Shown: positions 36,928-46,650 of the stretch, in pieces
How the letters are laid out: each line of letters begins with the position of its first letter
How positions within the stretch are numbered: the first letter of the stretch is position 1
Source of the DNA: a bacterium
GTDB lineage: Bacteria > Planctomycetota > UBA8108 > UBA1146
DNA: 64,000 nt
Direction of reading: 5' to 3'
Assembly: GCA_029976805.1 (NCBI GenBank)
Contig: JAPOLY010000005.1
Coordinates: forward strand, 1,353 to 65,352
Notes under the pieces: model-generated
Database searches by the model: none
Seen by the model: the letters and a program-made list of their open reading frames with translations, nothing else
What the model was told of the DNA's origin: nothing
Translations under genes and position numbers: made by a program

Positions 36928-38036
36928 AAATTTTTCACCTGTTTTCAAACTACAAATTCACCGGGCCAGCAGACCTTGCACTTTTGTTGGCGAAATCTCA
37001 GCAGAACCTTGGCCACGAGGTCACCTTCTTCTGTGGTAACCCTCCCCTTGGATCTCCCAACCACCTTTCCGAGATTGCCACTGAGCGGGGATTAGATCCC
37101 CGTTCAGACCTGTTCTTGCCGAAGCATTTTCGATTAGGGCAATTTCTGAATGACTTCAAAACCCTCAAGCAACAGATCAAAGAAGAAAAGCCGGACTGGA
37201 TTCATTGCCACCTCCCCAGTGACCACCTCCTGGGTTGCCTGGTAAAAGAACCGCAATCCCCCCCCATCGTCAAAAGCCAATATGATCTGGATCCTGTAAA
37301 AAATTTACGCGGTAGATACTGTCGCTCCCGAACAGATCTGTGGATCACGCCCACCCCATCGGCCACTCGAAATCTGCACTCCTGGAAAATCAGTCAAAAC
37401 CGGATTTTGGAACACCCTCCCATCGTCGATCTCCTTCGCTTCCAACCTGAATCGAAAGAAACCCCGATCGCCAAGGAACAGGATTCGATACACATAGGAG
37501 TCGTGGCCAGAATGCAACATCACCGGCGATTCGCTGAGTTGATTCGGGGCTTCTCACTTGCTGCAAAGGAAAACCCTGCACTGCACCTGCACATACTCGG
37601 ACGCGGAACCCATCAGGACGAAGTTGCAAAAGAGCCTGCCAGACAAAGTGGCTTTACTGATCGTATCCACTTCCCGGGTTATCTGGATTCAGAGCTGTAC
37701 CCCGGTCAACTCGCTCAGATGGATATGCTGATCTTTCTGGTTCCGGGTTCGGATGGAACATGTCGTGCTGCCAGGGAAGCCATGGCCAGTGGAGTTCCGG
37801 TCATCGCCTCCCGACGTGGCTTGCTGCCTGAACTGATTCCGCCCAAGGCGGGACTTCTCCTGGAAAACGACTCACCCGAAGCCATCTCCCGGGCGATCCT
37901 GAAGTTGTCGCAGGAAACCGGGTTGAGAAGAGACCTCGCCGCCGGTGGGCGTGCCTATACCGAGTCTTTTTGCAATGCGGAGACTTTGTCCCACGCACTC
38001 GAGTCAGTGCTTCAGGGCAGAATCAGCACTATTTAG
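36924..38036 (+). CDS. GT4 glycosyltransferase
   Basis: GTGA overlap with the upstream stop. Motifs PDWIHCH and EAMASGVPVIAS. Confidence 0.88.
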   Translation: MKIFHLFSNYKFTGPADLALLLAKSQQNLGHEVTFFCGNPPLGSPNHLSEIATERGLDPRSDLFLPKHFRLGQFLNDFKTLKQQIKEEKPDWIHCHLPSDHLLGCLVKEPQSPPIVKSQYDLDPVKNLRGRYCRSRTDLWITPTPSATRNLHSWKISQNRILEHPPIVDLLRFQPESKETPIAKEQDSIHIGVVARMQHHRRFAELIRGFSLAAKENPALHLHILGRGTHQDEVAKEPARQSGFTDRIHFPGYLDSELYPGQLAQMDMLIFLVPGSDGTCRAAREAMASGVPVIASRRGLLPELIPPKAGLLLENDSPEAISRAILKLSQETGLRRDLAAGGRAYTESFCNAETLSHALESVLQGRISTI

Positions 38037-38093
38037 GCAAAAATAGCCTTTTTCAGAGTTTTTCCTACAGATCACCAGTGCATGTGTCGAGGA

Positions 38094-38171
38094 ATCCATT
38101 GGGCGGGAAGGACTCGCCCGTGGCCCCAGTGGCCTTGAAAGGCCTATGGCCAAAACCGAAAGGGTATGGAT
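38094..38171 (+). promoter_or_regulatory. Candidate structured 5' leader (multibranch) enclosing the start of the downstream gene
   Basis: ATCCAT (38094) and ATGGAT (38166) close three hairpins: GGGCGG..TCGCCC, TGGCC..GGCCTTGAAAGGCC..GGCCA and ACC-GAAA-GGGT. Confidence 0.4.
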
Positions 38172-38744
38172 ATGAACAACGTCAACAACGGTCAAATTGC
38201 GACCAACAACATTAATAGTGTGATTTTCCCCACGGCTCGCGTCGTCAGTGGTCTCCTGGGTTTCTATGCCCTGTGCACCATTGCCACCAACTACACCGTG
38301 ACCAACAACTTTGACTTCAACGTGTTCTCCGGAATCGTCGCCATGGCTATGGTGATCTGTTTCTCGGTTTGCACTGCAAGTATGTGGAAGAACGGCTTCC
38401 AGGTCTTCTCTGGCAACGTCGATAACGTTGTTGAGGCCAACACCTTCTGGAACAAGCTTGCCAATGGCTTCATTGTTTCCTGCGTGGTCTTTACCGCTGG
38501 TGCCTTCATTAACAGTGCCGGCAGCTCCAACATCGTCAGCGCCCTGACCCCGGCCTTTTTCCCCTTCTTTATTGGCTTGTGCGCCTACTACACCTGCAAG
38601 ACGGTTGCAGCCGCTTGCGCCACGACCGCCACGGAGTGCACCGTCAATAACAACGCTGATGCTGTGGTGGCTAACAGCGTAAAAAGTGTCATGACTGACA
38701 TGAATGTCATTCAAGATACAAATGCAAAGACCTACACCTCCTGA
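38166..38744 (+). CDS. Hypothetical 4-TM membrane protein of unusual composition
   Basis: 192 aa with four hydrophobic segments, biased codons (AAC/TTC/ACC) and its own terminator. Confidence 0.75.
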   Translation: MDMNNVNNGQIATNNINSVIFPTARVVSGLLGFYALCTIATNYTVTNNFDFNVFSGIVAMAMVICFSVCTASMWKNGFQVFSGNVDNVVEANTFWNKLANGFIVSCVVFTAGAFINSAGSSNIVSALTPAFFPFFIGLCAYYTCKTVAAACATTATECTVNNNADAVVANSVKSVMTDMNVIQDTNAKTYTS

Positions 38745-38773
38745 ATCGATACAGAATACAGTTCGTAAACTGC

Positions 38774-38812
38774 AAGCCTGTGGAGACTTACAAGTCTCCA
38801 CAGGCTTTTTTT
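38774..38812 (+). terminator. Intrinsic terminator
   Basis: AAGCCTGTGGAGACTT / AAGTCTCCACAGGCTT followed by a T-run. Confidence 0.92.
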
Positions 38813-39056
38813 CGTTGTGGCAGCCTCCACATTCACTCATGGCTGAATAACTTCATGAAGTCATGTGATTTACAATGGTTGAATCACCGACTTTGTAATC
38901 CTATTCTTGTGTCGTAACTGTTTTATTAACCCGCCTGATCGTTCAGGCAGGAAGTTTTGATTTATCTCTATGGGAGGTGTGTCCCCTGCACCCGTCAAAA
39001 GTGCACGTGGATTCTTCCATGGAACATGGATTCCCCTATTTTGCCCGGGAGAAGTT

Positions 39057-42000
39057 ATGTCTCAGCTCCTTCGTCATCGCCTTGCCACTTTGCTACTGGC
39101 GATTTTTGTATTGGTAACCGGTGTCTTTTGCAGCGACGTCACAGTTGCTGGTGATGCTGTGTTCGTGGATACCGCCCAAATCAAGGTTTACGGTGCACGC
39201 TCAGACTCAAATCTGGGTAAATCCGTATCCGGTGCCGGTGATGTCAACATGGATGGTTACAAAGACACCATTCTTGGAGCACCGGAAAATGACAACACCT
39301 CGGATGGTCGCAGGGGCCATGCCTACATCGTATTGGGTTCCCCCAATATCGAGACTGAAATCGACCTGAAGAACCCGACACCTGGTACCACGATTAAAAT
39401 CGTCGGTTCACATGCGGGAGACCTTCTCGGTTACTCGGTCTCCGATGCAGGAGACGTCAACGGTGACGGGATTTCCGACTTCCTGATCGGAGCCCCAAAT
39501 TCTTATGGAAGCGGTGGATCGGATGAGGACGGCAATGGACGTGCCTACCTGATCTATGGTTCAGCCAACCTTCCCTCTGTCATCCACGTCGGATCACTGG
39601 GTAGCCTCGGCGTCACCTTTATTGGTGGACAGGAATCGGGTCACTTTGGCTACTCTGTCAGTGGTGCTGGAGACTTCAACTCTGATGGATATGCCGATCT
39701 CCTGATCGGTGCGCCGGATGAGGAGCATGGATCTTCCAACAGCGGTGCCGCATACCTCATCTACGGGGGCATGCTCTCTGGAACCATCGATCTGAAATTC
39801 GGTCACTCTTCTGTGACACGCTTCAAAACCGGTGGCAACAGTGACAATGTCGGTCACTCCGTTGCTGACCTCGAAGACTTCGATGGTGACGGTCACGATG
39901 ACATCGCGATCACCGCCATGCGCCATCCTGACGACGGCGGTATTAACGCCGGACGGGTCTGGGTGGTTTATGGTGGAATGTCCACAGGACCCAACGTCAA
40001 CTTGAACAATCTCTCGGACTACGGTCTTTCCGGCACAAAAATTCGCGTTCCCGATGGTGACCATGAGCTGGGTCAATCTGTCGCTGGAGCAGGGGATGCC
40101 GACAACGACGGTGATTCCGAGATTTTGATCAGCCGTTCCCTTCACGATCAGGATCCCACCACTTTGCAGACGATTGCCTATCTGGTGCGTGGATCCGCTG
40201 ATCGCCCGGCAACGATTCATCTCGGTCAGGGTGGTCCAGGCATCACTGCCTACAAAACCCTTTTCGACAATGATGAAGATGGCCAGACGGTTCACGGTAT
40301 CTATGACCACTCTGGAGATGGCCTTGACGATCACATCGTTGGTATCCCGAGAACCGTGATTCTTGAGCAGGAAAAAGGCAGCGCTCATCGCGTCAATGGT
40401 GGACAGGATCTTGGAGCCAATGAAGTGCTCGATCTTCACCAGCAGGAAGGCAGAGCCTACCTGGGAGTCCATGACAACCAGTCCGTGGGACGTTCCGTGG
40501 GTGGAGTTGGTGATATCAACGACGACCGCGCCAACGACCTCGTCATCGGTGCCCCTGGTGCCAGTCCTTACGGTCGTTTCCGTGCCGGTGTTGCCTACTT
40601 CTTCCTCGGCAAGGAACTCCGTTCACCGAATCAGGTTCAAACCAGTGCAGTCGGTCAGGTTGTGACCGTCACTTGGAACAATCGGGCCGTTTACGACACC
40701 GTTGAGTTGTTCCGTGATGGCATGCTGTTGGCCACACTTCCTGGTGATACTGAAACCTACACCGACTCAAATGTGGCCTACGGGGATCACACCTACAGAG
40801 TCCGCGGAAATCGCAGACACATCACGACCGTTAAAAAGTCGAGCATGATTCGTGTACTGACGCCGATTTCCAACTTCGAGTGCACCTCTCAGGGTCGCAA
40901 TGTGACCCTCGAGTGGCATAACAACGACAACTACTCTTCCACGGATGTCTATCGTGACGGAAACCTGATTGCGACCACTCCAGGTGGCGCCCAGTCTTAC
41001 TCCGATATCGACGTTTCGTATGGCCCCCATACCTACACCCTTGTGTCGCGTGGAGACCGAAGCGAAACCTTGCCGACCCACTGCATGATCAATGTCTTGC
41101 AGCCCCCTTACCTGCCCAGCTGTTTTGCTGAGCCAAACCCGGTCAGCAATGATGTGGAAGCCACCATTAACTGGACCAATGGCCCTGACACGATTTATGA
41201 AAACATCCGTATCTTCCGGGACGATCAGCTTCGCGCCACGATCTCCGGAACAGCGGTCACCTACACAGAAGTGCTTCCCGAGCCGGGAACCTACACCTAC
41301 TCCGTGCAAGGTGTCGATGACTCTGGGCGTGCACTCAGTGACAAGATCTACTGTGAAGTCGTCGATCCGATCGCACCGAAAGCTTTGGAGTGCAGCTCCA
41401 TCGGCCAGATCGCATTCTTCAACTGGGTTAATACCGACGCTTACGACACGATCATCATTGAGTTTGGCCCCGCGGATGGTTCGCAACCTCCGGTGAATCT
41501 GGCCACTCTTGCCGGTAACACCCAGTCCTACCAGACGACTGTGGCTGCCCCGGGTGAGTACACCGTATGTATTCGCGGTGAAAGCCTGATGGATCCCAAC
41601 TCGCCGAACTTCGGTCAGTCCAGCAGGATCTGCTGCACCCTTTCCGTTCCCTACCCTCTGGCAAACCTGACTTCGTCAGCCCAGGGTCAAGTCGTGAATC
41701 TGGAATGGGAAAATGGCGGTGAGTATGACACCATCGAAATCCTTCGGGATGGTCTCTTCCTTGCAAGCATCAGTGGTCACCTGACCAACTACACTGACAA
41801 CGCAGTTCCCTTCGGACTTCGGGAGTACACTCTGAGAGCCAAGCTGCGTCAGGGTGTGACCGACGATATCAGCACCTCTATCACGGTGTTGCGTTCTCCC
41901 GAGAACTTCACCTGCCGTGGTGAAGCAGATCAGGTTCGCCTGAACTGGACCAACCCACTTCCCAGCTACAGCGATATCGACATTTACAGGGATGGGCAGC

Positions 42001-45000
42001 ACCTGACGAGCGTCTCCGGTGACGATATGGAGTACATCGATGCTCCTCTGAGCCCGGGATCCTTCAGTTACTCCATCAAGGCACGTCTTGGAAGCAGCAC
42101 CAGTGATTCTTCCGATTGCGATACGGTGATTCCTGAGCCGATCAACACGGTTGGAACTGGGCTTCTGAATGGTCGCAACGTACTGATCACCTGGGCTAAC
42201 CCGGTGACGGAAGCCACTTCGGTGCGCCTCTTCCGCGATGGCAATGAGATTGCTTCGCTTCCGCCGACCACCACTGCATTCCTTGATCCGGATCTTTTAG
42301 TCGGAACCTACACCTACTGTGTGCGGGCAGAGATTGATGATAACTACAGCAGTCTTTCCTGTGCAGATGCCATCGTCCCGGCTCCGCCGAATGACATCAC
42401 CTGCACTGTTGATAACGCTGTCACCACGGTCACTTGGACCAACGGTGAACTCTACGACAACATCATCATCATGCGTGATGGTGGAACTATCGAAGAAGAA
42501 ATCGCCGGTGATGCCAGTTCTTACGTCGATAACAATCCAGGGCCAGGACCTCACCTTTATCAGGTCTTCGGGCGCATCGGCGACTTCGTCTCCGAAAGCC
42601 TCGACTGCCAGGTCATCGTGCCTTATCCGCCGGCGCAGCTCGTCTGCACTCTGGCGAATGGCACGGATTCGGTCTTGAGTTGGATCAACACCGAGCCTTC
42701 CACAAGCATCCTGATCTACAGGGACGGAGTTCAAATCGCTGAAGTGGCACCGGATGCCGGTGGATACACGGATGCGGGTGTTGCTCCGGCCACCTACACC
42801 TACTGTGTGGTCAATGTCTTTGCCCATGCTCCGGGTTCCAAGACCAGTGCGCCGACCTGCTGCGACCTGGTTGTTCCGGCACCGCCGACCAATCTCACCT
42901 GCCTCTCCGTTTCCGGAGACGTGGAGTTGGCATGGGTCAACAATGATGCCTACGAAACCCTGACCCTGCGTCGTGATGGCAACGTCATTGCGGAGTTGGA
43001 TGGAACCAGCACCTCGTACACCGATCCGCTGGTCACTCCTGGGAATCACATGTACTCCATTGCCGGAACGATCCTGGGCAATACCTCCACTTACGATTCC
43101 TGCATGGAAGATGTGCCTGCAGCGATTACGGACCTCTCCTTGAGTTCCTTCGCTGATACCGTGACTCTCAACTGGAATCACAGTGGACCCGGCGATGAAG
43201 TGGTCATCGCCCGTGACGGCACCGTGATCGCCACTTTGAGCAGCTCTGAGACCACCTACACCGATACGGGCCTTGCTGCCGGTGATTACGAGTACTGCCT
43301 GACGATGACCATCGGTGACGGTACCAGCCCGACCGTTTGCGGATTCATTCACGTTCTTGCAAATCCGAGTGACCTCAGTTGTGTCTCCGCTGCCGGCTTC
43401 GTTAATCTTTCATGGACCAACAACGACGCCTACGACAATCTGGTCATCGAGCGCGATGGAACCTTGCTGGCGATCCTGTCCGGAACAGACACCAGCTACA
43501 CCGACGGCAGCGCCGCGGTGGGCCTGCGTTCCTACACCCTCCGTGGTGAGACCTCGACCAGCATCAGTGGTAATGACAGCTGCACCGTCGACCACTTCCT
43601 TACGGCACCGGGTAACCTCAGTTGCTCCGTGACTGCCGGAGAAGCCGACCTTTCGTGGACCAATGGTGACACCTACGAAAGCATCGTCGTCAGCCGCGAT
43701 GGCACCCTTCTCGAGATTCTTCCGGGAGATGTCACCAGCTACCATGATGCCACCATCGTTTATGGATCCCGTTCCTACTCCCTGGTGGCAACCGGTGGCA
43801 GTATCGAAAGTGATCCGACCAGCTGTGGCCTCGAAGTTCCGGCCATGCCTATGGACCTCGCCTCCAGCACCCTCGACGACACCGTTACCCTGACCTGGAC
43901 CCTTGCGGCACCGGGTGAGGCTCAGACAGTGACACGCGATGGAGCTGTGATCGCCACCATCGGTGGTGGTATGACGATGTTCACCGACACCCCGGGACCG
44001 GGCACCTACGAATACTGTGTGACCAACTCCATCGGCGGCAATACCAGTGCCACTGTGTGTACCGCTGCCAGAGTGCTCGCCAACATGACCGGATTCTCCT
44101 GCAGCTCCGCTGCCGGTCTGGTCACCATCACCTGGACCAACAACGACACCTACGGTGCCCTGTTGCTGGAGCGGGACGGCGAAAAACTGGCCAGCCTCAA
44201 TGGTGATACCAGTTCCTACGTCGATACCACTGCAGATACCGGCAACCACACCTACGAGTTGACTGCTTCTGTGGAGACGGAAAACACCACCAGTGGAACC
44301 TCCACCTGTACCGTGCTTCACGAGTTGGCTCCGGTCTCCGACCTGGCCTGCTCCGTCACCGCCGGTGAAGTCGATCTTTCCTGGAACGTCAACGACACCT
44401 ACGAGTCGATCAGCCTGAGCCGTGACGGTGAGTTCCTCGCCCTTCTCTCCGGAGATGCGACCTCTTACCACGATGCGGACGCGCTGGCCTTTGGTGCTCA
44501 CACCTACTCTCTGGTGGCTGCTGCCGGCTCTATCGAAAGTGATGCGACCAGTTGCACCGTCGAGGTTCCGTCCACTCCCGAGAATCTGGTTTGCACCCTT
44601 TCGAATGGTGCTCAGGTTCAGTTGAGCTGGGATCTTCCGGCTGCCGGCAGTTCCGTCAGCATCTTCCGGGATGGTGCCCTGATCGACACTCTGGGTGGAT
44701 CAGCCACGAGTTACACCGACACTCCGGGTTCGGGGGTCTACACCTACTCCGTAGTCAACAACAGTGCCGACGGTACTTCACCGGCGACCTCTTGTGACAT
44801 CGTCGTTCCGGTGCCGCTGTCCGGCCTCGGTTGCACGACCATCGGTGACGGTAACATTCTCACGTGGACGAATGGTGAAACTTACGACTCCATTGCCGTC
44901 TACCGCAATGGTGAGAAGATCGGTGCCGCCAATGGAGGAACCGAGTCCTTCACCGACTTCCCGCTGGATGCCGGAACCTACGACTACGACCTGATCGCCA

Positions 45001-45569
45001 GCATCGGTACCTCCGAGACGGCTCCGGTCTCTTGCTCTGTCACGATCCTGCCGCCACCGATCAATCTTGCGTGCACTTTCTACGGTGCACCGATCAACCT
45101 GAACTGGGTCAACACTGCCAACTACACGACGATTCACATCGAGCGTAACGGGGTACTTCTGGCCTCGATTTCCGGCAATGCCACCCAGTACCAGGACATC
45201 GTTCCGGTGGAAGGTGACTACAGCTACGTGATCTATGGTGAGCATGCCGACGGTGTCACCACCTCGACCACCTGCTCCGGATACGTCAAGCGCTTCCTCA
45301 GGGGTGATGCCAACAGCGACACCAACTGCGATATCGCTGACGGTATCTGGGTCCTGAACTGGCTCTTCATCGGAGGACAGGAGCCGACCTGTTACGACTC
45401 CGCGGACTTCGACGATAACGGACTCGTCACCATTGGCGACGCCATGCTGATGATCTTCTACTACCTGCACGCTGAGGGTATGCCGAGCATGCCTCCCGCG
45501 AACAACTACCCGGAGCCGGGTCTCGACCCGACCGACGACACTCTCGACTGTATTGATTCGCCCTACTAG
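39057..45569 (+). CDS. Giant secreted adhesin-like protein: FG-GAP (integrin-alpha-like) propeller, ~19 Cys-containing FN3/Ig-like repeats and dockerin-like C-terminus
   Basis: Repeats G.SV..AGDVN.DG..D.LIGAP, then tandem ~80-aa units L.C...V.L.W.N...Y..I.I.RDG...G.Y.Y. C-terminus FLRGDANSDTNCDIADGIWVLNWLF. GGGAG SD before ATG 39057. Confidence 0.9.
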   Translation: MSQLLRHRLATLLLAIFVLVTGVFCSDVTVAGDAVFVDTAQIKVYGARSDSNLGKSVSGAGDVNMDGYKDTILGAPENDNTSDGRRGHAYIVLGSPNIETEIDLKNPTPGTTIKIVGSHAGDLLGYSVSDAGDVNGDGISDFLIGAPNSYGSGGSDEDGNGRAYLIYGSANLPSVIHVGSLGSLGVTFIGGQESGHFGYSVSGAGDFNSDGYADLLIGAPDEEHGSSNSGAAYLIYGGMLSGTIDLKFGHSSVTRFKTGGNSDNVGHSVADLEDFDGDGHDDIAITAMRHPDDGGINAGRVWVVYGGMSTGPNVNLNNLSDYGLSGTKIRVPDGDHELGQSVAGAGDADNDGDSEILISRSLHDQDPTTLQTIAYLVRGSADRPATIHLGQGGPGITAYKTLFDNDEDGQTVHGIYDHSGDGLDDHIVGIPRTVILEQEKGSAHRVNGGQDLGANEVLDLHQQEGRAYLGVHDNQSVGRSVGGVGDINDDRANDLVIGAPGASPYGRFRAGVAYFFLGKELRSPNQVQTSAVGQVVTVTWNNRAVYDTVELFRDGMLLATLPGDTETYTDSNVAYGDHTYRVRGNRRHITTVKKSSMIRVLTPISNFECTSQGRNVTLEWHNNDNYSSTDVYRDGNLIATTPGGAQSYSDIDVSYGPHTYTLVSRGDRSETLPTHCMINVLQPPYLPSCFAEPNPVSNDVEATINWTNGPDTIYENIRIFRDDQLRATISGTAVTYTEVLPEPGTYTYSVQGVDDSGRALSDKIYCEVVDPIAPKALECSSIGQIAFFNWVNTDAYDTIIIEFGPADGSQPPVNLATLAGNTQSYQTTVAAPGEYTVCIRGESLMDPNSPNFGQSSRICCTLSVPYPLANLTSSAQGQVVNLEWENGGEYDTIEILRDGLFLASISGHLTNYTDNAVPFGLREYTLRAKLRQGVTDDISTSITVLRSPENFTCRGEADQVRLNWTNPLPSYSDIDIYRDGQHLTSVSGDDMEYIDAPLSPGSFSYSIKARLGSSTSDSSDCDTVIPEPINTVGTGLLNGRNVLITWANPVTEATSVRLFRDGNEIASLPPTTTAFLDPDLLVGTYTYCVRAEIDDNYSSLSCADAIVPAPPNDITCTVDNAVTTVTWTNGELYDNIIIMRDGGTIEEEIAGDASSYVDNNPGPGPHLYQVFGRIGDFVSESLDCQVIVPYPPAQLVCTLANGTDSVLSWINTEPSTSILIYRDGVQIAEVAPDAGGYTDAGVAPATYTYCVVNVFAHAPGSKTSAPTCCDLVVPAPPTNLTCLSVSGDVELAWVNNDAYETLTLRRDGNVIAELDGTSTSYTDPLVTPGNHMYSIAGTILGNTSTYDSCMEDVPAAITDLSLSSFADTVTLNWNHSGPGDEVVIARDGTVIATLSSSETTYTDTGLAAGDYEYCLTMTIGDGTSPTVCGFIHVLANPSDLSCVSAAGFVNLSWTNNDAYDNLVIERDGTLLAILSGTDTSYTDGSAAVGLRSYTLRGETSTSISGNDSCTVDHFLTAPGNLSCSVTAGEADLSWTNGDTYESIVVSRDGTLLEILPGDVTSYHDATIVYGSRSYSLVATGGSIESDPTSCGLEVPAMPMDLASSTLDDTVTLTWTLAAPGEAQTVTRDGAVIATIGGGMTMFTDTPGPGTYEYCVTNSIGGNTSATVCTAARVLANMTGFSCSSAAGLVTITWTNNDTYGALLLERDGEKLASLNGDTSSYVDTTADTGNHTYELTASVETENTTSGTSTCTVLHELAPVSDLACSVTAGEVDLSWNVNDTYESISLSRDGEFLALLSGDATSYHDADALAFGAHTYSLVAAAGSIESDATSCTVEVPSTPENLVCTLSNGAQVQLSWDLPAAGSSVSIFRDGALIDTLGGSATSYTDTPGSGVYTYSVVNNSADGTSPATSCDIVVPVPLSGLGCTTIGDGNILTWTNGETYDSIAVYRNGEKIGAANGGTESFTDFPLDAGTYDYDLIASIGTSETAPVSCSVTILPPPINLACTFYGAPINLNWVNTANYTTIHIERNGVLLASISGNATQYQDIVPVEGDYSYVIYGEHADGVTTSTTCSGYVKRFLRGDANSDTNCDIADGIWVLNWLFIGGQEPTCYDSADFDDNGLVTIGDAMLMIFYYLHAEGMPSMPPANNYPEPGLDPTDDTLDCIDSPY

Positions 45570-45594
45570 GCCTTCATCCCGTTGAGATCTTGTC

Positions 45595-45635
45595 AAATCC
45601 CCCCGCCGTATTGAGACGGCGGGGGGATTTTTTTT
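45595..45635 (+). terminator. Intrinsic terminator
   Basis: AAATCCCCCCGCCGT / ACGGCGGGGGGATTT followed by a T-run. Confidence 0.9.
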
Positions 45636-45788
45636 GCGTCCTCAACCGGTTCAATCCAACCTATCGGGGTGCCGGATTCCGGCTCTCAGGTTATGCTTAT
45701 TTCCGAGGGCAGGGCATGGCCAGCAGGTCTCTTCAGACCCTCAGTCAGAACTTCGAAACATCGCCTGAAACTGCATTGAAAGCGGCAA

Positions 45789-46199
45789 ATGATCACCGGA
45801 ACCGGCATACCCACTGGAACGGAAGAACGAGCACCAGGATCCTATGGACCCGTCTGCTCCCAGTGTCCCGTTCGCTCCGGTTGCCTCAAAATCTGTGATC
45901 TGGTCGAAAATGTGATCCCCAGCATGGAGAAAGGGCGGGTCGACGCTGAGGACCTCCCTCGCCTGTATATGGGGATTCGTACCGTGAATGTTCTCCTCGA
46001 AAACACCCACCTGCTGACTGACCGGCAGCAGCAAGTTGTCCAGCTTTACTATCGTGAAGCCATGCAGCAGCAGGAAATTGCCCAACGCCTGAAAGTCACT
46101 CAACAGGCTGTGGCAGATGCCCTGGTCCGTGCTCGTCGAGCTGTGGGAAAACACTTTGGCAACCGCGAACTCGCCCGCAACACTCGCTCTGGAACCTGA
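45789..46199 (+). CDS. Small regulator: N-terminal four-Cys cluster plus sigma-70 region-4-like HTH
   Basis: CSQCPVRSGCLKIC followed by LTDRQQQVVQLYYREAMQQQEIAQRLKVTQQAVADALVRAR. Confidence 0.75.
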   Translation: MITGTGIPTGTEERAPGSYGPVCSQCPVRSGCLKICDLVENVIPSMEKGRVDAEDLPRLYMGIRTVNVLLENTHLLTDRQQQVVQLYYREAMQQQEIAQRLKVTQQAVADALVRARRAVGKHFGNRELARNTRSGT

Positions 46200-46650
46200 T
46201 CTGGCGGCTTTTTCAGGTTAAAGGCCTGATTTCGGCAAGTTTTCCCTGAGTTCAGGCAAGCCCCCCCACTCACTTCCTGTGCCGATTGACACCGGTCCTT
46301 CCCCGGCTAGAATTAAAGATCGGTACCACTGTCAGAGTGAACAAAGTGATTCTCAGGTCTTGAGTCTCCCCAATTTTGGCCCGGTGTCTTCTTTTCAGAG
46401 AAGGTCATTCGTATCCACTGGGGAAACATGTTCAGACCCGGTTCCGGTAACCAACCTGCGGAGAATCCGGTTCGCTTCCGACTGTATTCACCATTTTTCG
46501 TCGGGTGAGCCCAATCCCGACCTTTTCCGCTCCGAACCCTGAGTGGTTCGCATGCGGGGCCTCCCATGAGGTAATTCTCGAGGAAAGAGTGTTCACATGT
46601 TGCACACCAAAGATTCGATTATCGGTCTTCGATCTTCCGAATTTGCGACC

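Noticed and set aside
34227..38812. Genomic island integrated at tRNA-Pro (or at tRNA-fMet, 15010-15085)
   Set aside because: No integrase was seen and no duplicated tRNA 3' end was noticed in the window.
38004..38840. 278-aa minus-strand ORF
   Set aside because: It is antisense to 38166-38744, which has the codon bias, TM pattern and correctly oriented terminator.
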